Position numbers and translations under genes: made by a program. A stretch of DNA of 64,000 nucleotides from the human T2T-CHM13v2.0 reference genome, Homo sapiens. Below are positions 60,301 to 64,000 of the stretch, piece after piece. Numbering within the stretch: the first letter of the stretch is position 1; each line of letters opens with the position of its first letter. The notes under the pieces were generated by a model. The model was not told the DNA's origin. It worked only from the letters and a program-made list of their open reading frames with translations, and did not search any database. Location of the stretch: the NCBI RefSeq assembly GCF_009914755.1, contig NC_060926.1; one strand, given 5' to 3'.

Positions 60301-61600
60301 GTGGGTGCCCCAGGGCTCTTGCTGGAATGTTCTGCCAATGGTCTCTCCCATCCCTTCCAACAGAGGTGCAGACACTGTGTACAGCCTGGGCCCCAAGGCT
60401 CACTTTGCTCTTTAGTATAGGGGGGTCCTCTCTGCCCCCTTCTCACCACCTCGTCCCCATCCCACTCTCAGACCCCTCTCTCGGGAGAAGGGGCCATGTC
60501 TAGTGAGAAGTACCCCCAACCCTCAGGGCTGGGCAGCAACCACATGGAGAGGCAGAGGTGGGTGGTGAAGGACAGAGTCAGCCTGGCCCTGCCTTTCCCC
60601 ACTTAAAATGCTCAGGGGCTCCGCTGTCCCCGGGGTCAGGTCCAGCCTCGCCTCCTTGCCCTGCTTGGCTCTCTGGCCTCCGCTCCTGCACCCTCTCTGA
60701 GCTGTAGACACATGGAACCTCTTTCAGTTCCAGAGTTTCAGCTCCTCTCTCAGCTCTGGGCACACTGTTTCCTCTGCCTGCTCAGTCCTTACCTCCTCTC
60801 CTAGCTCCCACCTGCTGGTCCTTCGGGTATTAGCTGAGTGTTACTTCCTCCGGGAAGCCTTCCCTGACCACCGGTCACCAGCCTGGGTGAGGGTGCTGCT
60901 TCTGTAGCTTGCATGCTGCACCCCCACCTTCTGTCTCACATACCTGTCCTGCTTGTTCCACGCCTGCCCAACAGATGCAGGCTCCTTGGGGCTGGGGCTG
61001 GGTTGTGCTCAGCTCTGTGTTTCTACCCCTATCCTTGGGACACAGTAGATCATAATAAATGGTCGCTGAATACAGGAGTGAAAAGGATGAGAAAAGACCA
61101 GACAGAAGAGAGGCGAGGGGCTCCCAGGGTTCCCGCCCATGAATAGATCTAAAAGAAGCCAACAGTGTCCCCCATCACTCTGGGGCCCAGGGAGCTACTG
61201 GCTGCCTGGTTTCTCCCAGTCACCCTGGGTGCCCCAGGCTCCATACCCGGCCCCCACCCTGTGCTCAAGGAAATCAACCTGCAGGAGAGGGAGAGAGAGA
61301 GAAGGAGGGGGTCCTGGGTCTCCCTGAGCTCAGGGATGTGGTCCTCACTTCTGCCTCCCCAGGCAGAGGGCTCTGTGCCCTGCCCGGGGAACTGGCATGT
61401 TGGCAAGCACAAGGAGACACAGGCATGGAAGAACAGGGGACCCTGATTTTCCAGAAATCACAATGGCCAGTCAGTCCCAGGCAGATGACTACCTGTGAAA
61501 AGGCTCGTCGCCCCAGCCCCTGCTAGAACTTTTCCCACCCATCCTCCCAGCCCTGTCCTATCCCCGGCCACCTCCAGAGCATGGGCTGGTCCAGCTCTCA

Positions 61601-62080
<480 letters not shown>

Positions 62081-63720
62081 AGCTCCTGGAAGGGAGGCTC
62101 TGCCCACCCCTCTGCAGGGCTCTGCTGCTTCCCTGCTAAGCAAGCCCTGCCACCAGTAGTGGGCACAGAGGAGTGGGCATGAGCATAGGTAGGGTGGATG
62201 TGGGGCGGGGGGCACTCCCACCCACAGGGGCACACTACAAGAAGAAGGGAATGTATTTGTCCACCTACGCCCACCTCTTCCCTGCTGGAGACTGTGCCCC
62301 CAAGAGGCTGGGCCCTGAGCCCTGCCCTGGGATCCCTGTTTCTGAATCTCAGGAAGCAGAGAGGCTGGGGCTGCTGCCTGAGGGGAGGCTCAGGACCAGG
62401 CCATGCATGATGGAGATGGCTGGTTGTGGAGGCAGCAGAGGCTTATGTGCTACCAGGGGCCATGTTTAAGGATCCAGGGCACTAACCTAGCCCCACCCCA
62501 AGGCTGGGGGTCAGGCAGGCTAGCGAAGGTAAGCCAGGCTGATGTTTGCTTTCCAGCCAGAGGAGCAGAATTGAATGGCCTTCTGCTGTTATAAGCTGCT
62601 AGGGGCAGGAGAAGGGATGTCTATAGGGAAATTTCTAAGGACCAAAAGAGAACTGCCCCCTCCTGTCTTCCAGCAGCATACACCAAGGAAAGGGACGCTG
62701 GGGGCCAGAATCCCTGATGCTGGAATCTGTGCAGGGTCATCTGCACCCTTGTTCTTGCTATTCATTCTTGGTGGAATGCCCTCCACCCCACCCTGGACTC
62801 AGCTTGAGTGCCTGCTCCTGGAGGTGCCTCTGTACCCGCACCCCAGCTGGGTTGGGGTCCTCCTCTGTGCTGCTCCTGCCTCCTCTCATCTTACTGAGTC
62901 CTGGGGCTGCTTCCCTTGCCTTTTCCCCTCCTGACCTCAGGAGGGCCCTGGAGCACAGCATCCCTCTACCCCAGAGCCCCACATGGTATCCTGTGCACCG
63001 TAGGATGCCCAATTACTGTTGAAAGGATAAAAGAGTGAGCTCAGGGATCTACCTGAAACAGAGTCTAAAGGTTAAAAAGAGAAATACTAATTTTTCACAG
63101 CATGGTAACAAGAGGTTACTTCTTTTGAATTCTACATTCCAAATAACCTACAGTATGTCCCAAGAGCCTTCTTTCCTCCTTCTAGATATTTCCTTGCTAC
63201 TGTGCCCTATTTTTCTTTTTCTACTTACGTTTTTTTCCTTTGCACTTTTTCCTAACCAATTCTTGCTTACCTTTCTCACATTTATCTAATCATATTGAAT
63301 TTAAAAATGTCTTAGAGTATTCTGTTTATTGAATACAAGTATGAATGCTAAATTTTCAAAAGCTAGATAAGTTTAATGTCTTAAAAAAAAAAACACCTAA
63401 ATTCACTAGCATTTTCCATCCATGAGGTCATCAGGTGATCTGTGTTTTTAAGGCTTGGTGACTACAAGGTACAACAACAACAACAGAAAATATCTTCTTC
63501 CTTGGTTCTCTGGAGGTCCTCCCCTGAAAGGAGTGAATTTCATGAGGCCTCTTATAGACCCTGTGCATCTTTAGGAAAAAGCCCATGATCCTGCCCTAGC
63601 CAAGGCATTGATCTATGCTGAATCTCACTTTCCACATCCATAAAATGGTAGCAATTCCACTCAGCAGCTCTCAATGGAGTCAGCTGGCCTTTCTGAAAAC
63701 CTAAGAGACAGATCCCACTC

Positions 63721-64000
63721 TTTTTTTTTTTTTTTTTTTTGAGAGAGAGTCTCACTCTGTCACCCAGGCTGGAGGGCAGTGGAGTGATCTAGGCTCACTG
63801 CAACCTCTGCCTCCCGGGTTCAAGCGATTCTCCTGCCTCAGCCTCCCAAATAGGTCAGACTATAAGCATGTGCTACCATGCCCAGCTAATGTTTGTATTT
63901 TTAGTAGAGATGGGGTTTCACCATGTTGGCTAGGCTGGTCTCAAACTGCTGACCTCAAGTGATCCGCCTGCCTCGGCCTTCCAAAATGCTGGGATTACAG
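63721..64000 (-). mobile_element. Alu SINE (truncated by window end)
   Basis: Poly-T plus reverse Alu. Confidence 0.93.

Overview
Human (primate) genomic DNA containing the 5' part of OTOF (otoferlin, the DFNB9 deafness gene) on the minus strand. Visible are the promoter and exon 1 (ATG at 61714) and coding exons 2-8 of the canonical long isoform (residues 1-255: the C2A domain, the acidic linker and the start of C2B). All exons have GT-AG boundaries and join in frame, and the gene runs off the left end of the window. A ninth, in-frame 45-nt cassette exon (13804-13848) is absent from the canonical 1997-aa protein as I recall it but resembles the alternative exon of mouse Otof. Exon 6 lies in an intragenic CpG-rich island that may act as an internal promoter. 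The introns are filled with 18 Alu-family elements, old L1, L2, L3 and MIR fragments, DNA-transposon fossils (MER1B, MER5A/MER63, Tigger2/3) and microsatellites, plus several small local duplications. No new multi-gene system is evident. The best leads are the cassette exon, a possible C2A-less internal-start isoform, candidate hair-cell POU4F/SOX/GATA elements and a 5'UTR hairpin. Repeat family names and reference comparisons are from memory; no searches were run.
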